Source: Lama glama
Lineage: Eukaryota
Length of the DNA stretch: 64,000 bases
Direction: 5' to 3'
Assembly (NCBI GenBank): GCA_028534125.1
Contig: CM052817.1
Span: forward strand, 63,428,001-63,492,000
Below, piece by piece: positions 39,171 through 51,685 of the stretch. The position numbers and the translations under genes were made by a program. The notes beneath the pieces are model-generated. The model was not told where the DNA came from, did no database searches, and saw nothing but the letters and a program-made list of their open reading frames with translations. Numbering within the stretch: the stretch's first letter is position 1; every line of letters starts with the position of its first letter.

Positions 39171-41580
39171 GAATGTTAAAAAAAATAAATAAAAGCAAGC
39201 AGAGCATGGTAAATACCTCTAATCAAGCACAATAATGAGTGCCTTATGCACATTTTGACTTTTTATAATTTATATATTAAAGGAATGCATATAAATTTTA
39301 CTCCAGTCCAAATGATAAATATCAACTTTTTGTCTTCCTAGATTAACAGATTCATTCTGGGTAAGCAATAAAAATTTAGATTTTAAAGTAAATAGATCTG
39401 CTCTGTGTGCTACATGTTTAATTCAGCCCAGACATCTATGCAGATCTGCAAAAATAATAAGTAGAATGTTGAAATGAGCATCCATTTGGTTCAACAACAT
39501 GGTGCAAATAACCTAATTAAATGCACCCAACCTACTTTCGCAGCTGCACATGAGAAAATTGATGCCTCTGCAAAGATTATAAGCTTGTGTCCACTTGTCT
39601 CTATCCACAAAGGACAGATTTTCTGACTTTACAAAATTAATACAATGGACAAGTGGTGGCAGTATTTACAGTGCATTCACAGTGCAGCTACACATTAAAA
39701 TCTCAGGCATTAGGCATTCAGAAACACCAGAAGTCCAAGCAGTGTACCTCAGTATTCTTGTGTACTGTACACATAAGGATTTCCTTTATATTCAGTGATC
39801 TGATACCTGAGGGTGTGATTGGGTAGAAAGATGTGCATAAAAATAGTTCTTTCCATAAAATTTGTGTAACTGCTTGTGTGGGTGGTTAGATTAATTATAT
39901 GTGAAATGTAACTGCTCTGAATTCTTTCTGCCCCTGAGAAATTTGGTTGTTGATATGAATAGTTGCCATCTTTTCCACTTGTTTATTTGGATCAAATGAA
40001 GGGATACTGTTATCAAAGACAACTGTGATTCTAGCTAGATCAACACATCTTGGATTTTCATATAATCGATGTAGGAGGAAAGAAGAGGAATTTTAGTTTT
40101 GACCCTTTACTCAGGAATTTTTTCATGTAAATTCATATTCTCAACAGATTTCTCAGGAACCTGTGTTACAGCAGAGCTGGATATGCACTCAGCACAACTA
40201 ACGCTCCCTATGTCTTTGAAGTTACAGGTGTATTTTGACTTTGTTTCTGTGTCAAGCTTCAAAATTAAGCAGAGAAAAAAAAATAGAAGGATGCTTTCAT
40301 TTGTGACGGCACCTAATTCAAAAGAATTCACTTTTTCAGGTATCATTGAGAAGTGGTGTTTTTTGCTTGGTCCAGTCAGCTCACTGCGGATGTGAGCCAG
40401 TGCCCACAGTGCCTCTTTTTACATTTACATGAGGGGATTCTCTCATCTTAGTACTGCATGAGGAATGCAAAACAATATTTAGGAAGGATTGATCTGTCAT
40501 TTTGGAATGAACTGATTTTTATCTTATGTCACAAAAGCATAAAAGATATAGAAAACTGAAACTGTATACGTCCATATTCCCCCATATAATTTTAATGAAT
40601 CTAGACTAGGAAAAGAATAAATAGATCCTGTGAAATTCTAGAAAATCAACTTCGTATATATTAATAAACATTTTCATAAATATTCTAGTGAAAAGAGTTA
40701 ATATAGTATACAACATTAGCCTTAAAGTTATTCTCAGTGAACTGATAGTTCTCTGAATTTTTCTGGAAGAGATTCCCTTTTTGCCTTTTGTTTTCTCCTT
40801 CTTTGGGCCAAAAAGTCAAATGTGATGACATTAATATGGCGTCATTATCCTAGGAGCAAAAGTTTTGTGTAAGAAAGTAATAAACTTCTATCTTGTTTAT
40901 GTTACTGCCATTTAATAAAATATCTAACCAAATCTAAACCAATAAATAAAATAGAGACAGGTGGAGATAGGGAAGATAAGTGTCCCTGCCTAGGGTACCA
41001 GTGAAAAGTCTTCTTTCTTATGGCTGCTGTGAAGAGCATGTGGAAGGGACCCTATACCTGTTCTCAGGGATTCCACCCTCAATAAGACAAATATTCTGGC
41101 TAAGAATATTGCTTCTTGTCTTGATATCTTTTTCCTAAAATGATCTTGAAGGTTCAATATCTTGGATTGACTTGGGGTTTTTTTGAATGATAATAAGCTA
41201 GAAGCCAATTTCATATATATCAGTTTTGCAGTGAAGCAGAGGTCAGGTGATCTTTAAGATTTTCATCTTTATGTACTTTGTTACCAGCATGTTCAAAAAG
41301 TCAACAAATGCCTTTGAATTGGATTTTATTTAATAACATAGAAGCATATAGAAAATGGAGTCTATAGGGGAAAAATTCACATATTAAGAGACTTTGGCCA
41401 ATAGAAATCAAAGCAATTTTTTAAAAGACTAATAAAGAAAAAGCACATTTAAAAAACAATTAGAATCATTTTTGCAACCATTTATATGGTATAATTTATC
41501 TTAGGTAGGGAATCTTTACAAGCAAACAACAAAATAAAGCAATTCTTAAAATGTTTATTTTATTTTATTTAAGTTTGCAT

Positions 41581-42352
41581 TTTTTTAACATTTTTTATTG
41601 ATTTATAATCATTTTACAGTGTTGTGTCAAATTCCAGTGTTCAGCACAATTTTTCAGTCATTCATGGACATATACACATTGTCACATTTTTTTCTCTGTG
41701 ATTTATCATAACATTTTGTGTNNNNNNNNNNNNNNNNNNNNNNNNNNNNNNNNNNNNNNNNNNNNNNNNNNNNNNNNNNNNNNNNNNNNNNNNNNNNNNN
41801 NNNNNNNNNNNNNNNNNNNNNNNNNNNNNNNNNNNNNNNNNNNNNNNNNNNNNNNNNNNNNNNNNNNNNNNNNNNNNNNNNNNNNNNNNNNNNNNNNNNN
41901 NNNNNNNNNNNNNNNNNNNNNNNNNNNNNNNNNNNNNNNNNNNNNNNNNNNNNNNNNNNNNNNNNNNNNNNNNNNNNNNNNNNNNNNNNNNNNNNNNNNN
42001 NNNNNNNNNNNNNNNNNNNNNNNNNNNNNNNNNNNNNNNNNNNNNNNNNNNNNNNNNNNNNNNNNNNNNNNNNNNNNNNNNNNNNNNNNNNNNNNNNNNN
42101 NNNNNNNNNNNNNNNNNNNNNNNNNNNNNNNNNNNNNNNNNNNNNNNNNNNNNNNNNNNNNNNNNNNNNNNNNNNNNNNNNNNNNNNNNNNNNNNNNNNN
42201 NNNNNNNNNNNNNNNNNNNNNTGTTCTTCTTTTCCTAATTCATTCAGGTGGTGGGTTAACTTGTTTATTTGAGATTGTTCTTCTTTTTTGAGGAAGGCCT
42301 GTATCGCTATAAACTTCCCTCTTAGCACTGCCTTTGCTGTGTCCCATAGGTT
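41581..42352 (-). mobile_element. Young camelid-type L1 spanning a 500-N gap
   Basis: 3'UTR left of the gap; ORF2 linker (AKAVLRGKFIAIQAFLKKEEQSQIN) right of it. Perfect 16-bp TSD TTTAAGTTTGCATTTT at 41568-41583 and 42353-42368. Confidence 0.93.
41722..42221. other. Assembly gap (500 N)
   Basis: Run of N. Confidence 1.
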
Positions 42353-45300
42353 TTTAAGTTTGCATTTTGAAGCAGATGTTCCTTAAATGTTTAAGAGACA
42401 GAAAATTACTAAAATATATTTTCAGTATGTGAAATATTTTACATTATCTTCACAACAGTGCTTAAACTAAAATATTATGCATAACTTCAGCAATTAACCA
42501 AAGATGTTTTCCTGCTTTGTTTTGCCTTCATTCCACAGTATATCTATATTACACATATGTAAATATTCCAAATATGTATTTTCAAAATCTTTTGTAATAA
42601 AAAGAAATACAAAACAATTGTACATTTGTAAATACAAAAGAATCATGGACAATTTCACACTCCGAGAATGGCAGGAACACAAAGTTCAAAGGCACTGTTA
42701 AAACCAGAAGAGCAATTTGGTAAGTTTCCAACATGGTTTGCCTTCCTTAAGTTTTATAAATTTCTTTATGCATATCTGGAAAGAGAAAATGCAAAGAATC
42801 TTCAAGGATCATCTTACCATCCTTTTTCCAAATGCCATTTGCCTTCTTGCCTAGAATAAAGCTTCAATTCAGAAATAACACAGCCCCCTTGCTTAAGTTT
42901 AATTTGGATACCATCACTCTTTAAGGAGTCAGACATTTTATACAAACAGTTAAGGATCCTGTTTGGAAAGCAATTGGCAGGGAGGTTCCTTCCCCCAGAG
43001 TTTTAAGTATGAGAGTGTATCATTGTCAAATCTAATTGCTGTCAGTGTTTTCCACAATTGATGGAGTTGAAGCCAACAAGTCCATAACATATCTCATCAT
43101 TATAGCTTTCTCACTGTGGGGTTGACTGGTGCATCTGCCCATATCAGATCAAGGGCCATTCAGATTTGTTTTTTAGTCTCTCTGCTGCTCTTACAGAGTA
43201 CAGTGGCCTCCTACCCTGAATATGTATTCACCAATCATTTAGATGAAGTGTGGATTCATGAAGAAACCAAACAAAAATAAGTTTATGAAAACAAAATCAT
43301 AAAGAAACCAATATAACTAATTTTAAACATGATATAGGCAAAAGAAATACTGATCTTCCATATATAAGAACTATAAAATGTGCATAGACTTAAACTATAA
43401 ACTTGGAAAAGGCTTATGCTATAATATGGGAATAACTACAAACTACCCATCAACTATAAGAGAGGCATAGAATTAGATACAACAACACACCATGGGTAAA
43501 GAACACACACTGAGAAAAACTATGGCTCTGGTGGCTGCAGAATCCAAGTGCCATCAAATTACAGCCATAGAAGTTCATGAAGATAATTTTATGTAATATC
43601 AAAAAAAATGATAATCACTAAGCTCATCATGTGTTCTTGGTGCTATGCTAGTTCAGACATGGTGATCCCTTTCAAAGGGAAGTCTTTTGAAAGGAGTACA
43701 CTGATGTGAGTTAATGGGCATATGATGGTCCATCTTAGACGTAAGATGTTAGGGGTAACTTAGAGGTCATTTTCTCTTAGCAAAGAAAAAAATTGCCAAT
43801 CAGGACAATATCTTAGGATGTTCAGATAACATAGAATGGTAAATGTAAGCACAAATATGCATTCGTGCATCTGTATGTCTTGAGTCTGCATGTAGTGTGT
43901 AGAGAACTACAAAATTAGCATTCTAAATCAAGACCTGGCAGCATGTGACTAATAATTTCACAGACCTTAATTATTAGCCTCAAATATCTACAAATATTTT
44001 ACTGCAGGTATTTTACTGTAAATGTGTATTCTAAAAATACAGCACCTTAGCAGGCAATCAGAATCACTTTCAGCACAAAAAATCAGATTGAAAAAAAATC
44101 AGGATGAACCAGAGTCTTACAATTTTTTTTTCTTTTTTTGGCTTGCAATCTTAATTTTAACATCAACAATTAATCAACTTAACTTATCATGGTCAATTGA
44201 CTTTCCATCCCAAAGGCCATTATATAGAATGGCAGGATGTTTCTTTTTAGAAATCATGCCAGTTTCACTGTGGAACAGATGGCAAGTCAACTGGGTTTAG
44301 GTGGGTAGTCTACATAATGCCATATTAAGTGACATCGTCCAGCAGGAAGTCAATTTCATTGGGCACTGGTGCCACCGTGATACACCACAAGGCCATCTAC
44401 TGCTTTCCTTAAGACCTGTTGCTACTGACAATGAAAACAGAGATTCTTGGGAAGTCATTGGAATATTCAAACAGTGCACTCCTGAAGATTCATTACAAAA
44501 ACATCCTAGCTTCCAGATGAATCCTTGCCCTCTAACTGTTCAAACAGAGAAGGGCATGTGATTCTAGTCCACATTTTGAAAGAACTATTGGTTTAACAGA
44601 TTAGAATGCATCTCATCTGTAGCATCAGACACACAGTCCACAACTTTTTTTCAGGATGAAATAAGAGTGTTACTATGTTGCCTTTACCCCCAATAATACA
44701 GTTGTCTAGATAACAGTAAATTGTCACTTCCACAGTAAAATAATAAGAATACTAATAACCTATAAAATTCCTCATTAGTATTAAATTCTTACCTAATAAA
44801 AACATATATGGCAACCTATTTGGTTCTAAACTCAGATTAAATTTGGTGTGAATTTGTACATCCTTAGAATTAGCTTGGAGCAGAAATAACTTCCTCTTCT
44901 TCTTTCCTGGAGCTCTGACTTTTATTTAACTTTAGATCAGCACTTCCATTTGTACACCAGAACATGTACCCTCGCTGGCATTCAGTTATTCTGATTTGAA
45001 ATACTATCTCAGCCAACGAGCAGCTTCCAGTAGGGATCATGCAGCTGGCACAGCCACGGCAGAAACAACAACACGCTTTGCCAACGTTCCCGTCTCATCT
45101 GTCCTCGGTAGCTTTATTGTTGTGCATGTTTATGGGCATGAATCTTCTTGTCCAAAGATTACAATACAAAAGAAGCAGGTCTCTGCCTCTGAAATGAGGA
45201 CTAAAACTTTAGAATGCGGTGCCTTTGATAGCAAAAATTGTAGCTGGGCAATTTACATCCTAGGGCACTAGTACTCACCTTTTTGCCAGATTGTAATCAG

Positions 45301-46139
45301 TTTTAAAATGTTCCCTATTTACCAGCAAAAAGAAATACACCGATTATCTTTCAATAGCAATTTAAAAGTTATCTTAATGCCCAACTATTTCATTATTTTT
45401 GAATAAAATAAGCAAGAATTTCCCTGCTTTCCATGCTTATCTTTTTGTGACATCATTACAAAGTAATTGTGAATTGGAGCTTTTTTCCCTCAGTCAGGCA
45501 TGCTCGAGTTCATATAAAAAATCATCAACATTTTTAGAGAGACCCAGGCATTCTCCTCTAGCACCTTTGTCTTTGAGTTTAGCTTTAAAATCCATCTCAT
45601 ATACACCTGCCTACCATGAGGAACTGCCAAAATATTTTGTTCGAAGTTCAGTTCTATAAAGCATTGCCTGGTGGCTAGAGCAGATGACAAAAAAGTGATA
45701 AGCAATATTTCAGTGAATCTGTATTTGCCCAGGATTGCTGTGTGACCCAGGAAATATGTGCCATGTATCTGTAGTTTGATAACATTTCATTCAAATTTGT
45801 CTGTCTTCATGCACAGGGCACAGAAAGTATTCACCCCAGAAAGATGGTTATTCTGGTTTATGAGTTTCGTGATATACCTTCACCTTACCCTCTACCCCTT
45901 CAAGATTTATTTCTCTGCTTCTTTATTTGGCCAAGGGGAAGTTAAGAAAACTACTCAAGGAAGACAGACCCAGACAGTGCATTAGATACTTTGTCTATAT
46001 GGCCTTATTTCATTCTCACAACAACCAATTGAAATAGGAATTCTTGCCTCAGTTTTATAGTTCAGAGAACAAAAGCCAAGAGAGTTTAGGTAACTCTCCA
46101 AGACTCACAACTTATAAGCAAGAGCCAAAAGCCAAGATT

Positions 46140-46826
46140 TGTTAAGTAGAGCCCCAGGTGTCTGCTGGTGAGCTGTGGTTCAACAAAAGACTACAAGGTA
46201 ATTGAAGTAGAGAAGTTTATTACTCACAGGTCTTTGGGGATGTAGAGACATTCCTGAGAGACTGCATGAGAAGGTCAAGGCAAGGGTCAGGGAAGGGTTT
46301 TTAAAGACTGTGAGAGAGAGTGTCACACAGTGTGTGATCAGCTCGTGCACAGTGCTCTGATTGATTGATGGTGTAGTAATAGGGTGATATTTCTAGAGTC
46401 AATATTATCAGCTTTGTGTTTCCAACTGATTTGGGGTCTACATGCTGGTCAGCAGTTAACTTCTTTCACCTGGTGGAGGTTTTAGTGTCTACAAAACAAC
46501 TCAAGGATACATCTCAGAATATTATCTATAGCCCTTAAGGAGGAACTGTAGGTCCTAGACTTTTTTTTTTACACTATTATTTTGTCTTGCTTGACAGCTT
46601 TCTTTTGTTTCTGCATTAAATTTGCTCTTGGTACTTGGAGAAGGCCTAGGAGGCTAAAGCTTTTGTACAAGTAAGAAGAAGGGGACACTGGGCAGGGAAA
46701 GGGGGAATCTATCCCCAGGAAGGCCCCCTAGGGTGTTGCTAGGTTTCACTGTGAGCATTTGGGGTCTTCGTTTGTGTTTAAAATATAAAACAGTGAAACA
46801 GAGGGTGAACTGCAAGACATAATACT
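46140..46826 (-). mobile_element. Composite LTR region: MER21-like LTR pieces around an ERV1 (MER41/MER34-like) LTR ending near 46748
   Basis: agaagtttattactcacaggtc (MER21-type); tgtgatcagctcgtgcacagtgctctgattg, cagttaacttctttcacctgg and gggtgttgctaggtttca (ERV1 LTR end). Internal boundaries uncertain. Confidence 0.6.
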
Positions 46827-46832
46827 TTTGTA

Positions 46833-47228
46833 TGATAGGCAAAATAATGACCCCCTCCCTAACCTGAATCTATGAATATGTTACCTTGCTCAGCAAAAAG
46901 GACTTGCAGGTGTGATTGAATTAAGGCTCTTGAGATGGAGTGATATTCATAGATTATCAGGGAGAGCTCAATGTAATCACAAGTGTCCAAGAGTTTGGAG
47001 TGATATAATTGCTAGATTTGAAGAAAGAAGAGGGGCAGCCTCTAGAAAAAGAGAAGGAAGTTCTCCAAAGCCTCCAGGAGGAATACATCTCTGCCAAAAA
47101 CTTGATTTTAGTCTCAGGAAGCCCCTCTTAGTACTTTTGACCTCCAGAACTGTAAGACAATAAATTTATGTTGTTTTAAGTCACTAATTTTGTGGTAATT
47201 AGTTACATCAACTATAGGAAACAATTCA
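46833..47228 (+). mobile_element. ERVL-MaLR solo LTR (MLT1D-like)
   Basis: tgaatatgttacctt, ttgcaggtgtgatt, tgacctccagaactgtaagacaataaattt, tttgtggtaatt. Confidence 0.85.
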
Positions 47229-49480
47229 GTGCAATTTTAGCTCACATATGAAATATTTTAATAAATTTTAAGAGCTTTAAAATTGAAAGTAGTTCTCTTT
47301 TAAATTGTTATATTAATGGACAAGTCAAAAATAATGATTATTATTAAATACTACATAATTATTACTCAAAATAATTTTGTCACAGAGGAGAGAGAGATGT
47401 TAACAAAACATATCAAGTATGCTAGGTCCGTCACGGCTCTGGTGCTTAAAGTTCAAGAATGCAATTGGCTTTTCCCCATTCTATCACATTTATGTGCTAC
47501 CTGCTCTGATTTATTCATTTTTAACCTCCTTTCTCTCTATATTATCTTCTCCATTTATATCCCTAAATGGACTGGTTAAACACAATTTTTAAAGTTTGTA
47601 TCAAGATACTTATACTACAGGAGGAAAAAAGGAAAAAAGATAAATTGCTTCTGTAACAGGAACAGCCACTATTATTTCTTTGAGGGCAGAGATCACACCT
47701 TATTCATCCTTCCCCCTCAGCATCTAACACAAGGTCTGACACATAATAGAACAACCAATTAACTTTGATTAATAAATAAACCACAAAAAGCAAAGGTTTA
47801 TATTTTGAATGTTCTCACTCCCCAGATACCTCCTACATAACTTTTGGGTGTCTTTTAATACTCTGCTTCAAAGCTATATATTTACCAAAATTTTCCTAGG
47901 TACCCTCCACTCAAAGTTAAGTTCTTTCTTCTCTAAATTCTTATGGCCTATTTTTACCACTGTATATAGATCTTAGTGTGGCCTGCTACATTTTAAATCT
48001 AATTATATATGATTTTATTTTCTCTGCTAAATTAAAAGCTCTTAATGGTTAAGGGCATGCAATTTACTCATAACTGTGGTCACCATAGAACCTATAGGAT
48101 AATTTTCATACTTACATGATCAATAAATCATTGTTCAATTTCAGTTGAAAGCACCATCTCATCATTACCTATTTCATTTCTGTCAATTCATGCTTTTAAA
48201 GGTATAAGAATGTCAAACATCTTTACATCCACTTTAAAAGCCATACATAGTAAGAGCATACCTTTACCTCATTACCTTTACTTATTTTATACTATAGTGC
48301 ATCAAATGAAGAAATTTTCTCCAGGGAACTGATTCAGCGTATTTGAATCAGTTATTATATCAGTCATTATTTGAGATTTCAATATATGTTACACGCACTT
48401 GTTCGTGGCCCTGGATATAAATGAGTTATTTTTCCTTTCCTTATCAAAGCTGTACAGTGTAAATGAATCTTTTTGATACAAACACATTTTCAATGCATTT
48501 TCAAAACATTTTTCTCCCTCTTTGTCCTCGCTGAATCCTCACCTTACCCCTGCCCACATTATATTACTGCATGTCATATCCTTATTTTCTCCATCTAAGT
48601 GACCCATTGAGATTTATGGAGACTGAATGGTAATGGCTTTAATAAAAGATTTGACGTGAAACCGCCTTTGCAATTTAAGAGTATACCCCCCACAGTCTTT
48701 CCTGGAAACTAAAATAATCTGGACGTCAGCCTTACTTCATCATGTACAAAGGCAGACAGTTGGAATTTCAGATGAAGTATCTAATTTCCCCCTGCTTCCA
48801 AGACTCCCTAAGCTCAAAGCAAGTGGCAATACTACCTGCCTGTGACACTACCACCTGCCTGTGACACTAACATTGTTATGCCAGGACCCCAGTGAACAGC
48901 AGCTTTTCCAAAGTCCGATGAAAAAATACCAACAGAAAAGCTGTCAGAAAGAATGGTATCCAGCTTGACTCTGACATTTCTGTCAGAAACAATCCACATT
49001 GCTGTATTTCAGATAAACCAAGTCTAAGACGTTTTACAAGTAAGTGCTAAGTTTTTAGGAAAGAGTAAAGGAGTTTTAAAGCCAAGATGAAAAAAGATTG
49101 AGAAAAATGAATTTGGCTGGAAGATACTGAGAAGATAAAATCCTCTCTCAGATGAAGATCCTCTCTGAAGAAAGAAAATAGTCTCAATGAAATGAAGAAA
49201 ACATATCATTTACAAATACAATACCAGTACATATATCTTGTGATAGAGTTTGTTTTAAACCACACAGTGGCTACGGATATGGTTTCATAGACTAAGGATT
49301 CAAATATTTCAGATAACATTTGTAAACATTTTTCTTCTAAGAAAGCATAGGAGAAATAACATTTTGAGACTCAAATTGCTCATAAAGTAAACATCTCCAC
49401 ATCCCTCTGTAGAAATCAGTGTGGAAGGGAAGTAGTACCTCTTAGAGATAATGAAAGAGAATATGCTTTTAAAATATGGA

Positions 49481-49640
49481 CTGTGGTGTGCTGGAGTCAG
49501 CTCATACTGTTTGATGAGTATTAAGATAATTCTGTAAGTATTAAGGAATTCTCTTAAACCATGGGTAACTTGAAATTGTCCACAGTGAAGGAATTTACAC
49601 CATGGAAATTATTTACGCATAATTATTTAGCACATGCTAA
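49481..49640 (+). mobile_element. hAT-Blackjack MITE (MER63A-like)
   Basis: ctgtggtgtgctggagtcagctcatac...cttgaaattgtccac...atttacaccatggaaatt. Confidence 0.6.
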
Positions 49641-50393
49641 TGTATGGAGCATTGTTTAGCCTACTGTGAGCTATTTTATAAATACTTGGAAGAAGGAAGT
49701 GCATATTTAACTAGTCTAAATTAGCTTACTTATAGTTAGCTCTCATTACAGAGGTTTCACTACACAAGTTGATAGTTGTTTTGTAATTGTTATCCTGTTG
49801 TTTCATGTGTCTATGTTTTATTTCCTCAACTATCTTCTAAGGGTGTTATAATCAAGAACAATATTTTCCATTTTATATTCCTGTCTAGAAGACCTGCATG
49901 CTCTACTAGTTGTAAGATTACAATGAATGCTTAATTTATGTCAGATAATTGAATACATATTTTAAAAAACAGTAATATTCTCAAGAGGCAAATAAATGTA
50001 ATGTTGTTTTGTGCATCTTGAGTCAAAAACTTAGTTTCAAAAGCAATAATGTTAAGAAAAATATCCTTTATTATTGTGGTAGCTATAAACATACAAACTT
50101 ACCCTCTTTGGTACATATCATCCTTCATTTTACTAGGCTGTTCTCTTGAAGCAAAGCTGATATTTTGTCTTTTTGACAATTGTCTATGCTAATCACCAGG
50201 GATGGTGCTTTGTTGTATTTGTTTATCAATAAGTGTTCATTAAATGACATATTAGCTCTCTTAATAGCCACAGCAAGAATAAGAGACCAAATGTCTGAGT
50301 TCCTAAGCTTTCATGGGCCAGTTTCTGTGTTCTCAGTTATAGTTTTTAGTTGCTTACTGCTAGATCAGAAAAATGCTAATGATATTTGCAAGA

Positions 50394-50537
50394 TTTTTTT
50401 TCTCTTCTAAGAAAGGAAGCATTTTCTTTTTTTAACATTTTTTATTGATTTATAATCATTTTACAATGTTGTGTCAAATTCCAGTGTAGAGCACAAATTT
50501 TCAGTTATACATGAACATATATATATTCATTGTCACA
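50394..50537 (-). mobile_element. Very short L1 3' end with an extra 20-bp segment between two T-tracts
   Basis: TSD TTGCAAGATTTTTT at 50386-50399 and 50538-50551; L1 3'UTR at 50434-50537. Confidence 0.9.
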
Positions 50538-51005
50538 TTGCAAGATTTTTTGTATTCAGCAAAATCTCTTTTTCACTTTAATAACTTTTTGATTCTGTTG
50601 AACTTTCTGTGTAGATAATCATGTCAACTTTCTATATCATGTTAAAATAAGAAATATTTTTTAGACCATGTAGATTTTAGCCAGGACCTCCAAACCTGCA
50701 TTGTATAGTTGCAGTTCTATAGGAAACTATATTGTCCTGATCTTTAAAAAAAAATGATATTTGCTTAAAATTCTTTAGTAAATACTCTATCAAGTGAATG
50801 TCCTTTTAGTTCACAATTTTCTTTTTTTTATTAAGGCATATCTAATTTACAATTTTATATTAGTTTCAGGTGTACAATGTAGTGATTCACAATTTTAAAA
50901 GGTTATTATACTCAATTTAAAGTTATTAGAAAATATTGGCTATAGCCTGTGCTATACAATATATCCTTGTGGCTGATTTATTTTACACATAGTAGTTTGT
51001 ACTTC

Positions 51006-51428
51006 TTTTTTTTCATTTTTAAAGAGACTTTTATTGTGATATGGTCTCTGTACAGTAAGCTACACATATTTCAAATGTACAATTTGATGACTTTAGATAG
51101 ATGTATACACCAATGAAACCATTACCACAATCAAAATAGTTATTATTGACATCTCTCCCAAGAGGTGCAATTTTCAAATTCCCAATTTATCCCTCCCAAC
51201 CCCTTTATCCCCTGGTAACCATAAGTTTGTTCTCTATGTCCATGAGTCTATTTCTGTTTAGTAGATTAGTTCATTTATGTCCTTTTTTTTAGATTCCACA
51301 TATAAGTGATATCTATGGCATTTTTCTTTCTCTTTCTTGCTTACTCATTTAGAATGACAATCTCCAGGTCCATCTGTGTTGCTGCAAATGGCATTATTTT
51401 ATTCTTTTTTATGGCTGAGTAGTATTCC

Positions 51429-51473
<45 letters not shown>

Positions 51474-51685
51474 CTTCTTTATCCAGTCATCTCTTTCTTT
51501 CTTTAAACTTTTTTTTATTGAGTTATTGTCATTCTACAATGTTGTGTCAAATTCCAGTGTAGAGCACAATTTTTCAGTTATACATGAACATACATACATT
51601 CATTGTCACTTTCTCTTTCACTGTGAGCCATCACAAGATCCTGTATATATTTCCCTGTGCTACACAGTACAGTCTTGTTTATCTT
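51006..51685 (-). mobile_element. Nested insertion: young L1 3'UTR (about 51492-51684) plus about 480 bp of downstream sequence made of older L1 pieces
   Basis: The host L1 is broken at TACTTCTT, which appears on both sides (51000-51007 and about 51686-51693); poly-T at 51006-51013. Confidence 0.75.
51431..51472. repeat. (TG)21 microsatellite
   Basis: Direct reading. Confidence 0.97.

Noticed and set aside
41654..42328. Longest ORFs in the track (184-224 aa)
   Set aside because: Artefacts of reading through 500 N.
43665..43695. Short inverted repeats around CCTTTCAAA/TTTGAAAGG
   Set aside because: Arms of 7-9 bp are expected by chance in 64 kb of AT-rich DNA.
48834..48869. ACCTGCCTGTGACACTA repeated twice
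   Set aside because: Simple local duplication with no spacers or further copies; not CRISPR-like.
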